Shown: positions 25,645 to 38,716 of the stretch, piece after piece
How the letters are laid out: each line of letters starts with the position of its first letter
How positions within the stretch are numbered: the stretch's first letter is position 1
Assembly: GCF_001194135.2 (NCBI RefSeq)
Contig: NC_068990.1
Span: 86,786,595 to 86,850,594 of the forward strand
Direction of reading: 5' to 3'
DNA length: 64,000 bases
Source: Octopus bimaculoides
Taxonomy: Eukaryota
Position numbers and translations under genes: made by a program
Notes under the pieces: generated by a model
Told to the model about the DNA's origin: nothing
Database searches by the model: none
Seen by the model: only the letters and a program-made list of their open reading frames with translations

Positions 25645-26455
25645 CATGCATGCATGCATGTATGTATGTATGTATGTATGCATGTATGCATGCATGTATG
25701 TATGTATGTATGTATGTATGTATGTATGTATGTATGTATGTACGGGCCTCATCTGCGTACCTAAAAATAAGATGAAATTCTCAGTATCTAAAATGTAAAA
25801 GGTTATGATAAAAAAAAGGCTGAAAGCAGATTCGGGACCAACATAAAAATTACTTAAGAAAGTGCGTTTGCAATTTGTGGTGAGAACAAAAATGTTCAGT
25901 TTTGGATACTTGTAGTTATTTCTTTTCTTCAAATTTGCAAAAGGCTTGTTTCTTCTGCTTTTGTTGGCGAGAGAATAATATAACGGTAATTAGATATCAT
26001 GTGGTTTGTGAATACGTATTAAAATAGAACAGAATTTAGACAGAATACATGAGATCTTAATTTACATGCATTACGGACGGTTTCATAAATCTGTTCGAGC
26101 ATATACGTAGGTGTTTTCGTATTTGCAAAGTCAGTTGGATGATGTGAATAGAAAACGCTTTCAAGTTACTTGTAGAAAAGAGGGAACATATGTGTTTTTA
26201 AAGTTGTAGACATTACTCTGTCAAGACAATTGTATATTAGACTTAACTGCTAGCAAAGGAAAATAAAATTAGAGAGTATAACCATGTATTCGTACAGTTG
26301 GTTGCAACAACAGTTAGAAAATCGGTTTATTTTCTCTTAAATAACCAAATCATGATTCAACGATGGCTAACAAATTGGTGAAATTTCATGATTTTTTTCC
26401 GAATAACACGTATTTCGGTTTAACACTATTTCATGGTCTTTTTATTGAACTTTAC

Positions 26456-26575
26456 TCTGTTGCGAACATTCAGATTGTAGTTTTGCTCTGATGATAACTT
26501 TCTATGTTTTTCCCAGTCTCGGAAATCTGAATTAAAAAATGGATTATGTGTTGTGAACGTCATCCTCTGACTAAG
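26456..26575 (-). CDS. Candidate upstream exon carrying the SLC6 start codon (speculative)
   Basis: Acceptor-like TTGCTTTTTTGCAG| at 26576, ATG at 26563, 36 open codons (MTFTTHNPFFNSDFRDWEKHRKLSSEQNYNLNVRNR), then donor-like AGA|GTAAAG at 26455 in phase 0, matching the phase-0 start of exon 11214. No homology evidence. Confidence 0.2.
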
Positions 26576-27242
26576 CTGCAAAAAAGCAATCTGGTTATCA
26601 ATTAAATTCACTGCAACCTTCGTTCTTAGGCCTTGTTAGATATCACAGCCTACAGCCTTTAATACATCTTAGATACCACAATACCATCAAACAACCAACA
26701 GTAATATACTTGAAGTCGATTTAATTTACTGAAAACCGCTCCCTTTTCATATACACAACCTGGTACTTATACCAGCAAACACATTCTTCGTCTCAAAATA
26801 TTCAGAGTTCCACCCATACTATGAATCGTTATGTTTGCTTAATATTCTCTTAGCTGATGATTTACAACAAAGTCTAGTTTCACATTTATTTTCAACACTT
26901 CAATCTTTCATGATGTGTTAAGTGTGAAACAGAAACGCTATCTTTATGAATGTTTGTCATGTAACTGAATCAACGATGTTATTCAAACCTCAGCACTGAT
27001 ATATTCGGATCACTGCAGTTGACCGGTGTATAGTATCATATTACGAATGATCAATCTATTGACAACTTAATAAATGAACTAACTGAAAGACCATCATCTC
27101 ACAAATGTCAATAGCTAAATTTGACTTTGCCTCATAAAAACAGACAACAACGAGAAAATTATTCTTAAAACGTAACTTCAACAAACTCAACAACATTTTT
27201 CTCCATCAATCTCTCTCTCTCTCTCTCTCTCCCCTCTCTCTC

Positions 27243-27284
<42 letters not shown>

Positions 27285-29822
27285 TCTCTCTGTATATGTG
27301 TATGAGACTAACCTGGAAACTTTGCTGTTTCAAAGAAACCAAAATATTTCTCATGAAAATATGAAAAAATAACTTGACAAAATAAAGAAAAATGAGAAAG
27401 ATAGCCGTATTTACAACGCAACGTATTTTTAAAACATGACCAATCTCTCTGTCTCTTGTTCTCTCTCTCTCCGTGTCTCTTGTATCTTTATCTATTTACC
27501 TATCAATATGACCGTGTACCCTTTTACTCAAATATTCAAAACATTTTTCATATCAAAATCTACTTAAGGTGTAAATCGAAACTTTGAACTAGATGGATCC
27601 CGTTCCACCAGACGAAACTCACTCTTTCAGTCAGAGTATTTATACATTACTCAATCTCTAGGTTGATCATCTTATTAATTAATCATCGTATTAATTAATT
27701 AATTAGTTCTGCACAAAAATTTATATATCTGATCTTACTTTAAAACAATTAAAGGACAGTAACTTTTGTTGTCTCCTGTTTTTGACGAAATAATTTGATT
27801 AATATTACTCGTAGATTCAGATTTCGTAAAAACTTACTGCGAAAATAGATATCTTAAATTAACTTTTTATATTCCTTGACTTAATTATATTGACATTAAC
27901 TTAACCATTGCTTTTGTTTCAGACGAATGAACCCCTAGTGTTATAGAATATTTAAGTAAATTATATTGATTTAATCTCCCCATGTGAGATGTTGTTGATC
28001 AACGTCGTCATTCATTTATTAATTAGATAAGAGTAATTTAAATGAAGGTACCTGGTTTAATTTTATGCGTTGTTAAAATCACACAGACATCCTCACTCAA
28101 ATTCTGCTTGTACCAATCAATAAATTATCGAGTGGTGCATCTATTGTAATAGGTGTACGATGGTAAATCAGTAATACACGACACGACGTGTGTATCAATC
28201 TCTTCTGCGTACAAGCCAACAGCGGAAGTGTGTTATGCAGTGACACCACCTGCCAGAGAAAGAAAGAAAGAGAGAGCACCAAGCTTTTCTTACTCTCACT
28301 ATACAGTCTTAAGAAAGGGAAGGTGTTACATACATCACACAATGTAGTATGGATACCGTTAAAATAAGGGAATGTTCGTGGCTCGCGTGCTTTTGATATT
28401 GAGTCTGTTTGATTCGGACTAAAACAGGAGATATAGAGCACCAGCAACATCAACAAAGTAAATAGAAAATCAACAATAACAACACTCCTTTAAGTATGAT
28501 TCGAATCCTGTTTATTTCTGATTATTAATTAATGCTATAAACCATATTAATTAATAGTTATTAATTATAAGAATAGTTTTGTTTTTCAGACTTCTCAAAT
28601 GCATAAACAAGTTTTGAAAATGAATAATTTTTAAAATATATTTATGTTATTTTATATTATATTACTTAGAAATATTTCTGTGTGTATATATGTATCCTCT
28701 CTTCATTAGATCTCTTCGACATGGGAAATAGAATCTTCCAACATTTACTTGTTTATTAAATATACGCCTATTTTCACCAAATCTACACAGCCTCGGTTTA
28801 CTTTAAATGCAACATTCTAAATAGTTCTATTGTAACGCACATATACGTTTTTCTCTCTTGCTAATAGGCGTACGATGGTAAATCAGTAAGTAATACATGA
28901 TTCTGTCCGTATAGCCAGTATCATGATCATAGTCATGGCTACCACCACCACCACCACCACCACCGTCGTTACAGTCATTCTAATTGTTGTTTAATCACAG
29001 ATCAGCCGTGATCGCGCAGGCCTAGTATTTAAGCGGTGTCCAGTCGTGACAGTTTCGTATTTTTGTTTATCAGGAAGACATTACATTGTCCAATGTATCC
29101 TTATTTCACTTACCAATAGCGTATGTTCAGAGACATTTGGCTACTACACCTTGTAGAGCAGTGGTTCCAAGACTTTTCCGGGCTGCCGGAAGACAGTCTT
29201 CGTTGGAATGTCTATGAGCACAAGGCTAATAAGTATTGACTGGGTAATGGTTAAAGAACAGTAACATGAACAAAAGACGTACTGGTTAATATAGTCTTAG
29301 ATACACTCTGTGAGAAAACTAAGTGCCGAATTGAAGACCATTGACCATAACCGTGTTTAAACAACAAAAACAACGACGACGACGGCAACAACAACTAGAA
29401 GTGGGTATTGTGAAGAATACAACATTTAAAGAGTTAACACATAAACAATTTTATCTAATTAAAAAAATAACCATTTTTTTTTACTCCAAATTCTTTAATA
29501 CTTGTGTTTGAATTACTTGTATAAGAGATCGGCATTGATCTAAGAAATTGCTTTATTACTTCTGCATTAATTCTGCGAATATTGTTGATGATAGCTTTAG
29601 TAGAACCAGTTTGATTATTTATAGGTAAAATGTTCTTGTTAATTGCTTCCAATATATGTAATCGCTTAGGTTTTATATTGCGCCAGCTATATAAAATTGT
29701 CAGGTCATATTGACGCATGAACTGTTTTGCTTTTTATAAAACGTTGACAATGTCGACACGAATGGAAAGGTCGGATTTAATATTTATAGTACACAGTCAA
29801 ATTTAATTAAAAATAAAACTGA

Positions 29823-29895
<73 letters not shown>

Positions 29896-30937
29896 CTTGT
29901 TTATTAGCCACAAGAACTGGAAGATATTTATCTGGTCCTTTGAAGACCAATAGTACTCGACCCCGCTTCTCCTGCAACGGTGTTTGTATCTATGTGTGAG
30001 AACAAATGCCATTGTTATTAATGGTGTTATCGTTGATAATAGTGATCATGTCAATAGTGATGATGATAATGATGATAATGATGATGATGATGATGATGAT
30101 GATGATATAGTTACTTTTGTTGCGGATCGAGTCCTCAGAATCCCAGACTAGGCAGCTTGCGTTTCATGAAAACACAACATTTTCCCTTTCCAATTCAAGC
30201 ATGCACGCATGCAAATCAGTCATGTTGGTAATTTCTGCTTCGTGTTCGTAGCATTTTTCTGTTCATACCATTATGAATGAAATCAGATCAAAACAATTTT
30301 CAAAATATTCGATAAAATAATTTGCTGCAAAAGTTAATTAAACTAGCTTTACGTGACACAATCTTGTAGCCAAAGAAAGCAAAACTAAAGCACATCCGTT
30401 CAAACCGTTTCCAAACAACAATAATAATCTGTCATTGTTGCCACTAGAATCTTTCGTTTCATGAAATACATAGGGCTTACAAAAATTGTGTGGATGAACA
30501 AGTACTTATGACAAAATGGGTCGGGTGTTAAAGCCATTATACAGTGCATAAAATATTGGTTGATAATTATATAAAACTGGATATAAATTAAAAACATAGA
30601 TAATTATATAAAATACAATAATTAAAGACATATACTATTAATAAAGACAAAAATAACTTTTAGGGTAACTCATCCGCGCAGGGATTCAAGTCCGGGCGAG
30701 AGCACTTCATGATTTCCCCCGCCAGCCAATTAGACTTGAATTGCCCGGACGAGTTGTCGGCATTTCGGGTACATATATTTTGATGTTCTTCATCAGAAAT
30801 CTGTCCTTTCAGTTTTCTGTACTTTACCATAAATCTATTCAAAACCAACTTATTCTCATTTCATTTCCCTTCAGTATTTTGATTTGGATATTTGTGAAAC
30901 AATTTTGTATAAATTTGATGATTTTCGCCTGTCACTA

Positions 30938-31290
30938 CGCCCACGGGAATATGGTGTAGAGAGAAAAAAAAACGCCCACGGGCATATGGCATAGAAAAAT
31001 AAGCCCACATGCATATTAGCGTACTGGTTAAGAGCGCGGGCTACTAACCCCAAGATTCCGAGTTCGATTCCAAGCAGTGACCCGAACAACAACAATAATA
31101 ATAATAATAATAATAATGATAATAATAATAATAATAATAATAATGATAACATCGAAAATACCTGAGGAATGAGAACCCAGGGGTTCGAAATTTTCCCAAG
31201 ACATTTGATGAAGGTTGGAGGGTATATCAGCCGAAACGTTGTGTTAACAACAAACAAGAGGACAAATATCCGTCAAATGTAAATAATGTC
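30938..31290 (+). mobile_element. tRNA-headed SINE-like element (family 4) with internal (TAA)n and a Penelope-like, hammerhead-like tail
   Basis: Head TAGCGTACTGGTTAAGAGCGCGGGCTACTAACCCCAAGATTCCGAGTTCGATTCC with A and B boxes, then a TAA run, then ACAT-TTGATGA-AGGTTG...CAGCC-GAAACGTT-GTGT at 31201-31244. Confidence 0.6.
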
Positions 31291-31295
31291 AGTAA

Positions 31296-31480
31296 TGTAT
31301 CCCAGTAGTTCTAAGTGCACTGGGAACTATCCCTAAAGATCTGACGAGATGGATAGAGGAAATAGGCATAAAGCCCAGTAAAGTACAGCTGCAGAAACCA
31401 GTGGTATTAGGGAGAGCTAGAATACTTAGGATTTTTCTTGGCGTGTAAGGCTAATTGTTGTAAACCGATGTTAGGATTCT
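31296..31480 (+). mobile_element. 5'-truncated R4/Dong-like retrotransposon 3' end
   Basis: Open frame 31296-31448 reads CIPVVLSALGTIPKDLTRWIEEIGIKPSKVQLQKPVVLGRARILRIFLGV*, homologous to the C-terminus at 46600-46749. Confidence 0.85.
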
Positions 31481-31549
31481 TTTCTTTTCCAATTACACAC
31501 AAACACACACACGCACACACACATACACACACAAACACACACACACACG

Positions 31550-31594
<45 letters not shown>

Positions 31595-33123
31595 AGACAC
31601 ACAGTGCAAAGATAAAGATTTATATATTAATCAGTTCTATATATTAATTAATTAAACTGCAGCTGTTTAGACTGAAGGTCACCCACGGCATAACCACTCC
31701 GTTGTAATATGAATGTTGCTACATGTATGTGCGTATCTTTGCGTATGTAGATAAGTGTGTGTGTGTGTATACGTGTGTGCGTGTATGTATGTTTACATGT
31801 ACGTGTACATGTATATTGGAAAATGTCTCTGATTTAAGCATGACTCAGTGCAATAATTATTATTAAAGAGATTTCATATTTTTTCATTAGTATTTTATGT
31901 TTAGTTTGGAGAAATAACGATTCTAAATCCATTAACCCTTGTAGATCTCGTGTTCATAATCTGAATAAAAACGAAAGTAATGGCAGACGACATGGTAACG
32001 ACACCTCAGTGCTCTCATTTCATTGAGGACCATAAGTCTTTGAAAGGTTAATGGATATAGGAAAGTTATCGTAGAAAATAAATATAGAGTAATGAGAAAA
32101 TATGACCAAATGTCTCAGGAATATAGCAACATGAACATTGAAACGTTTTAATGTATACATACATATGTGAATGTATGTATAGCTGTGTGTGTGTGTGTGT
32201 GTGCGTGTGAGTATGTGTGTGGCGGTGTATATGTTCTGTGTTAAGATGATGTTATATAGTTTTGCACTGAAGAACCGTTGATGATTTGCATTCAAATGCA
32301 CGATGACCAATCACTGCAGAAGATGCAAATAGTCACAAGAGTGAAACGTGCGCAGCGACAGAATAACATGAACTGCATATTGTATTTATTATGTTTTCAA
32401 ACAGGCGCGCACACACATATATATACATATATATGTGTGTGTGTGTATTTATATTTACATATATATATATACATATATATATATGCATATATATATATGC
32501 GGGGGGGGGGTATGCATATGTATATATCTATATCTATCTATCATTATATATATATATANNNNNNNNNNNNNNNNNNNNNNNNNNNNNNNNNNNNNNNNNN
32601 NNNNNNCATTAGAGGTTGTGTTATCCTCTTGAATGGATGGTCTCATCCAAGGAAATGCTGGTTCAATACCTAGTATTTTGGGGGAATGAATATCCTTAAA
32701 ATAATAGGTGTATATAAAAGCATATAGTTTATGTTCATATAAAAGAAGAAGAAAATGGAAATTCAGTAGTTAATAATATATATATATATATATATATAGA
32801 GTTAAACGCAGGTGTTATTCAAATTCTTTTACTTCCAACACATGCTTCGAAGATATCACTGGTATTATTCCAAAGGAGAACCTGGGTTCTCATTCCCACA
32901 GATATATGTCGTAGTGGTTAAGAAATACTCCCATGATACTTGAATCGATTTGGTAGAAGTGGCGCGCAGGTAGAACGAACACGGGTATGCATAATTATGA
33001 CACGAGCACTTTACCCACAATACCATGTAGTCTTTATTTGGTAGTATGTTTGTGTGTGTTTGTGAAAGGGAGGGGGAGAGAGAGAATAAGAGAGAGCAAT
33101 TGGAAGAAATCTTTGTGGCACTT

Positions 33124-33498
33124 CGTCGGTTACGACGACGAGGGCTCCAGTTGATCCGATCAACGTAACAGCCTGCTCGTGAAATTAAAGTGCAAGTGGC
33201 TGAGCACTCCACAGACACGTGTACCCTTAACGTAGTTCTCGGGGAGATTCAGCATGACACTGTGTGACAAGGCTGACCCTTTGAAATACAGGTAGAAGAG
33301 AAACAAGAAGAAAGAGTGAGAGAAAGTTGTAGTGAAAGAGTACGGCAGGGTTCGACACCACCACCTGCCGGAGCCTCGTGAGGCTTTAGGGGATTTCGCT
33401 CAATAAACACTCACAACGCCCGGTCTGGGAATCGAAACCGCGATCCTACGACAGACAGCGAGTCCGCTGCCCTAACCACTGGGCCATTAAGCCTCCAC
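33124..33498 (-). mobile_element. tRNA-derived SINE family 3
   Basis: Minus head GTGGAGGCTTAATGGCCCAGTGGTTAGGGCAGCGG...GGTTTCGATTCCCAGACCGGGCG with A and B boxes; second copy at 55095-55297. Confidence 0.8.
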
Positions 33499-33582
33499 TA
33501 ATAGAAAGAAATAATTGCTTTCAGTATGCACCTCTGACCCACTGTAATAACAGTGAATGACTTTCCTGTAATAGATGCGCAT

Positions 33583-33619
<37 letters not shown>

Positions 33620-35988
33620 TCCGTCCATATCATTCCTATGACAAGGTATTCGGAATGTAGCGAGCAGTTTATTATTTATTACTACTTCCATGAGACTAAA
33701 CTGGAGACGCTGTATTTCAAAGCCTTAAAGGCTCTCCAGTTCACTTCACTTCCAATTTAATATAGAAGCTTTAGATTGAAACTGTTGTTATATTAGTACC
33801 TCTTATTTCTGGCACAAACCTCGTTTATCATATTAGTTTAGCTCATCTATCGCATTTATTCTCTTTTTCTATTTTATTTCTCTATTTTCTTTTTTCTATC
33901 AGTTTCATCTTCTAAATACTCGTACGGCTGGTTTTCTTTTAAAATTTTTGCATCATAGTTTGAGATTTAATTAAATTGTCTCTACATAAAGAAGCTTCGG
34001 CACATCTGGGGTTTTATATAACAGCTGAGTCTATTCGCAGCTTTTAGAAGTTTCCGTCGGTCGTGTCATCTCTAGCATTTTATTTTCCAAACATCCAAAT
34101 AGAGATGCTGGTTTATAGTTCGTCAAAATCATTTAAATTCACTGTTACTTTCATCCCTCTAATATATTTACAACAGACCAAAATGCTAATCCCAAAGACA
34201 TACCCCCGCCCAACCTCCGATCACTTGTACATGTTGTGTAACGAATGTGATCGATAGGACCTTAAAGGTCAAAAAGCAACCAATGGAAAGAGAATCAAAA
34301 GATAGGAAACGCGCCCACAAAATGTAAGAGATACAAATGGTGGTGGTGTGGAATAGTTTTGATCAACGTGGCACCATCACCATTCCAACAGCAGCTACGG
34401 CATTAATTTGATCACCGTCAACACAAATATCACACACACCTAAGTTTACAAGTACATGCACAACCTTATTCACACAAGCACATACACACACACACAGCTC
34501 AGAACACAGCACACACACACAGCTCAGAACACAGCACACACACACAAGCAAAAGAGAAATTATTAACTACACGGTCATAAATACAACAAAAAAAATATAG
34601 TGAATGACATACATCAACATACAACATCACATACAATAACTTCATCACATCAATGAATACCATGCCAGTATTAGACTAACACAAAGTATAAACACATTTT
34701 CAGAAATACTATCCTATCAATGTGGGTGAATATCAGCAAAGGACCGTACAGAAAACTAATTATGTAAAACCTCAAAACCATCCAGAGGGATTGAACACTT
34801 GCCTCCCTCTTGTCTACTGATTTGGGATTTTAATATTCTCTTTGCACTTTAGAAATATTCTTTCATGATTTGTCTTTCATTCTTCTATCCCTTTTAAGTT
34901 GCATTACGCTACATTCTAGGTTCGAATTTCGTCTTTCCTTTCACTTTCTTACAAGGCTTCTTAACAATCTACTGGAGTAGCTCGCTTCCTACGCACCCTG
35001 CAGTTAAAGGGAGGGAATTCTTGAAATTAGTTGTTATGCAGCTTGTCTCACTTTAGACAATGTTTTTTTCTAAATTTAAAATTATGAAATTAGACGTTAG
35101 GATAGGGAGAGATTGACTTGGAAGCCAACCGAAAAAAATTATCAAAAATTATCCAGCTATTTTATTTGCTATATCAGTTATAATCCATTGGAAGTTAAGG
35201 AAAAATTTCCCGAAAAGAAAGTTCCTGTCACCTGATTAGATTATGTTTCAAACTCTCTCGACTTCAAGACCAACTACGCTGACTGTTTTTTTACGGCCAA
35301 ACACCATGCAACAATACAAAATGACGATGTAATTAATACTTGCAATGTAATGGTTTGAGACAGGTAGAGAAAAACGAAATATCAGATATTGCTCATTTTA
35401 TCACACTCCTCACCTTATATCGCATAAAACATGTATGCTCTTCATTCAAGTAATTTTGAGACCTATTTTGTTATGAGGCTCTACAGGGATTACAAAAGAA
35501 ACTTGTTGTTTTAATCCTTTAAATTAAATTATTACTTCTCGTATCCACTCTACTTCCAACAGTGGATATCATTCCTGTTCCGTCTACCACCACTTTGCTA
35601 AAGGCATTCAAGAACCAGTCAGTGATGTTAATCTGGACAATGGATTATACCTTCTGCTCATTGAACCGAAACGGTCACTTCCGATAGAATTCCACACTGT
35701 TTCTATCCTCCTAATTTCACTTGGATCGACCTGAGACTTTGTTACAATATACTTTTTACCTTGGTGACACGCAGTGAGAAAACTTGTAATCATGTAGTTG
35801 CTAAGCAACCTCCTTTAGCAACACAGACATGCTTGCCCCAAGCTGGGATATCGAAGTCACTCGATTTTTAAACGTTCCACTTCTTAGTCCTGGAATTCGA
35901 AGTGGGTCCAGTATTATGATGTTAATGATACTGTTCCCAATGTTGTCATTGCTACTACCGTCGTTATTTTTGCTGCTGCTGCCGCTGC

Positions 35989-36021
<33 letters not shown>

Positions 36022-36242
36022 CGCCGCTGCTATTTCCCTTCTGATGCTGCTGTTGCTGTTGTTGTTGTTTTGTGTAGTTCAATAACAGCAAAGACATTAG
36101 AAACTGTTCTTATTGAGTTGCTGGTATCGTTGTTATTGCTTAGTCTCAAGTTAACTTTCACCTGACCTTCCAGTCATGACCATCTCTTCTTAATTTTATG
36201 GTTGTTATCAAACCCTTTCCTTAATATGGTACAGAGCGGCGG

Positions 36243-36375
36243 AAGGCGGTGAGCTGGCAGAATCGTTAGCACGCCGGGCAAGATGCTTACCAGCATCTCC
36301 TCCGTGAGTTCAAATTCCACCGAGGTCGACTTTGCCTTTCATCCTTTCGGGGTCGATAAAATAAGTATCAGTGAT
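36243..36375 (+). mobile_element. SINE family 2 monomer
   Basis: aaggcggtgagctggcagaatcgttagcacgccggg...gaggtcgactttgcctttcatcctttcggggtcgataaaataagtatcag. Confidence 0.85.
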
Positions 36376-36558
36376 TTACTGGCCTTTTTGCCAAAATTTG
36401 AAATCAAAATGGTGCAGAATGGTTCAATTGCTATTTGGCTGCTATTTTTAGCAGAACTAAAAGCCTCACAGACGTTCCATCACTGACTCAATGTTTTTCG
36501 TGTAGTTGTTGGTGGTGATTGTAGTTTTAGGAGTGACGGCGGCGATGATGATATAATA

Positions 36559-36794
36559 GAGGATGTTCAAAAAGTCTCTCCGCAGTGAATTTTTTTTCAT
36601 CCAAGATGTATTTTTCAAAACATGTGCAGAAGAGTCAACTTATGTATTAAAAATGAAGGACAATACTTTCAACACCTCTTATAAGGTTTTTTTAAAGTCT
36701 TTTAAGGTCTAATATATTCTTTTGCAGTCTAATACCATCTTATAAATATGTATTTTGCAATGAAATACTGCGGAGAGACTTTTTGAACACCATG
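36559..36794. mobile_element. Tc1/mariner-type MITE, 236 bp
   Basis: 28-bp TIRs (25/28 match, with 23 contiguous perfect bases TGTTCAAAAAGTCTCTCCGCAGT), flanked by TA at 36557-36558 and 36795-36796; AT-rich non-coding interior. Confidence 0.88.
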
Positions 36795-37362
36795 TATTAT
36801 AGTCTTTTTATTATTTATCTTATTACTGCATCATATTGCTGCCATTGATACCGCTATTAGCTTTATCACTACAGTTATTAGTATTAGGCTACAAGTGGAT
36901 CTTGTCACACTTATCGATATAATCGACAATATTATTTAACATATTATTGTCATTATTGCTAATATCTGCTTCATCATTCTGCCATAAAGAGAGGATTGCC
37001 ACTGCCACTTTCATTATATAAATCTACTCCCACTGCTCTACGTGTGTAGCTATTATTAAAAATATTAATTGTTCGCTTTGTCGTCAAACCACAATTAATG
37101 ATTCAAATATGATTCCCTAGAGGCAAGATACTCTACGAACAAAACCTCTCCTCTTCAGTTACTAAATATGTTACACAATAAATACCGAAACAATTAAACA
37201 GTAACTGACATTCAATTTAGATAATTAATTTTAGAAAACCTTTCGAAGAGCTTGGCGCGCAAATAGATCCAACTCAGTCAACAGTAAGTAGGAATTATAT
37301 TGACAAACTAGGATTTCATCACGATTGTTATCAAGCCCTGGACATTACCGTGTAGGATCTTT

Positions 37363-37613
37363 GGATTCATTCGGCCGGTACCCAGGTTTCCATGGTGAAT
37401 AAGTGACCAAGATCACAGCATTCCTCCACCCCTACACCCCTGAACGGGATGCCTGTCTGTCGTTGGGGTACTTACTAATTTACAGCTGGAGTGACTGGAA
37501 CATCATGAAATGGAGTGTTTTACTTAAGGACACAACTCACCGCTCGGTCCAGGAATCGAAATCGCGTTCCTACGATTGTGAGTGGAACATTCTAACCACT
37601 TGGCCACGCGCCT
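37363..37613 (-). mobile_element. tRNA-headed SINE related to family 3 with a different body
   Basis: Minus head aaggcgcgtggccaagtggttag...gatttcgattcctggacc followed by CORE-like gtgtccttaagtaa and tccagtcactccagctgtaaat. Confidence 0.6.
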
Positions 37614-37689
37614 TTGGGTTTGCAAACCGCTCCCCAGTTCTGCCTTCTTTTGCAATAATTATCCTTCCTACAATAGGCACAAAGTCAGA

Positions 37690-38035
37690 AATTTGGAAGA
37701 AGGGGCGAGCCGATTACATCGGCCCCAGCACTCAACTGGTACTTATTTCATCGACCCCCAATGGATAGAAATATAAGCTGACCTCGGCGGTATTTGAACT
37801 CACATTTGCGTTAATTATAATAAAGAACATAGGCACATGAGCATAAATCTAAGTGGAATGTGATTTATTGGGTACATCGACCTTCAAATAAGATCGTTAC
37901 TTTATTTCTTAGACAATAGGCCCCACTCAATCAACCCAATGGATAAAAAAACCGATAAATTTGATCTCAGGCGTATTTGAACTCAGCAGATAAAGGGATG
38001 TAACTAGATACTACAAGACATTTCATCCGGCTTTC
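37690..38035 (-). mobile_element. Two degraded SINE family 2 fragments
   Basis: Reverse-complement matches to the atttgaactc / gacctcggcgg / ttatcgacccc motifs at ~37690-37800 and ~37860-38035. Confidence 0.6.
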
Positions 38036-38227
38036 AACAACAGCTTCATTTAGAAATGTCATCCGTGTAAATTTTTAATATATTTTGCATGAAATTCAAT
38101 AGAGAATTTAAAAACAAAACAACAACAGCATCAATAAGAAAATTAATAACTAAAAAAACTGCAACACACGTAACGACTTTGTAAAATCAATGGTGTTCCT
38201 GCTGTTGATGATATTCATGATGGGTGG

Positions 38228-38277
38228 GCGGATGATGATGATGATAATGATGATGATGATGATGATGGTGATGATGG

Positions 38278-38326
<49 letters not shown>

Positions 38327-38403
38327 GACGACGATGATGATGGCAATGATGATGATGATCACGACGATGATGATGGCAATGACGACGATGATGATGATGA
38401 TGG

Positions 38404-38439
<36 letters not shown>

Positions 38440-38716
38440 CGAAGACGACGATGATGATGGTGATGATGATGATGATGATGACCATGACCATGACGATGGT
38501 GATGATGATAACAATGACGACGACGACGACGACGACGATGATGTTAATGATGATGATGACAATTGTGATGAGGATGATGATGGTTTTGTTTATGATAATT
38601 ATGACGACGATGTGGATCAATAATTTGAAGTTGATGATATTACCACTGTGACGGCGACGACGACGACGACGACGACGATAATGCTGATGATAATTATAAC
38701 GATGAAGACGACAACG
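38228..38716. repeat. Long degenerate (GAT/GAC)n trinucleotide tract
   Basis: About 490 bp of GAT/GAC/GGT triplets running into an N gap. Confidence 0.97.

Noticed and set aside
31018-31085. tRNA-like sequences here and at 33420-33498, 43591-43660 and 55230-55297
   Set aside because: They have A and B boxes but no complete cloverleaf or acceptor stem, and they continue into repeat bodies; these are SINE heads, not tRNA genes.
35801-36097. ORFs with poly-Q/S/L/E/K/M tracts (also 14547-14879, 17047-17377, 18728-19129, 38150-38651)
   Set aside because: Trinucleotide microsatellites open in several frames, with no splice or homology support.
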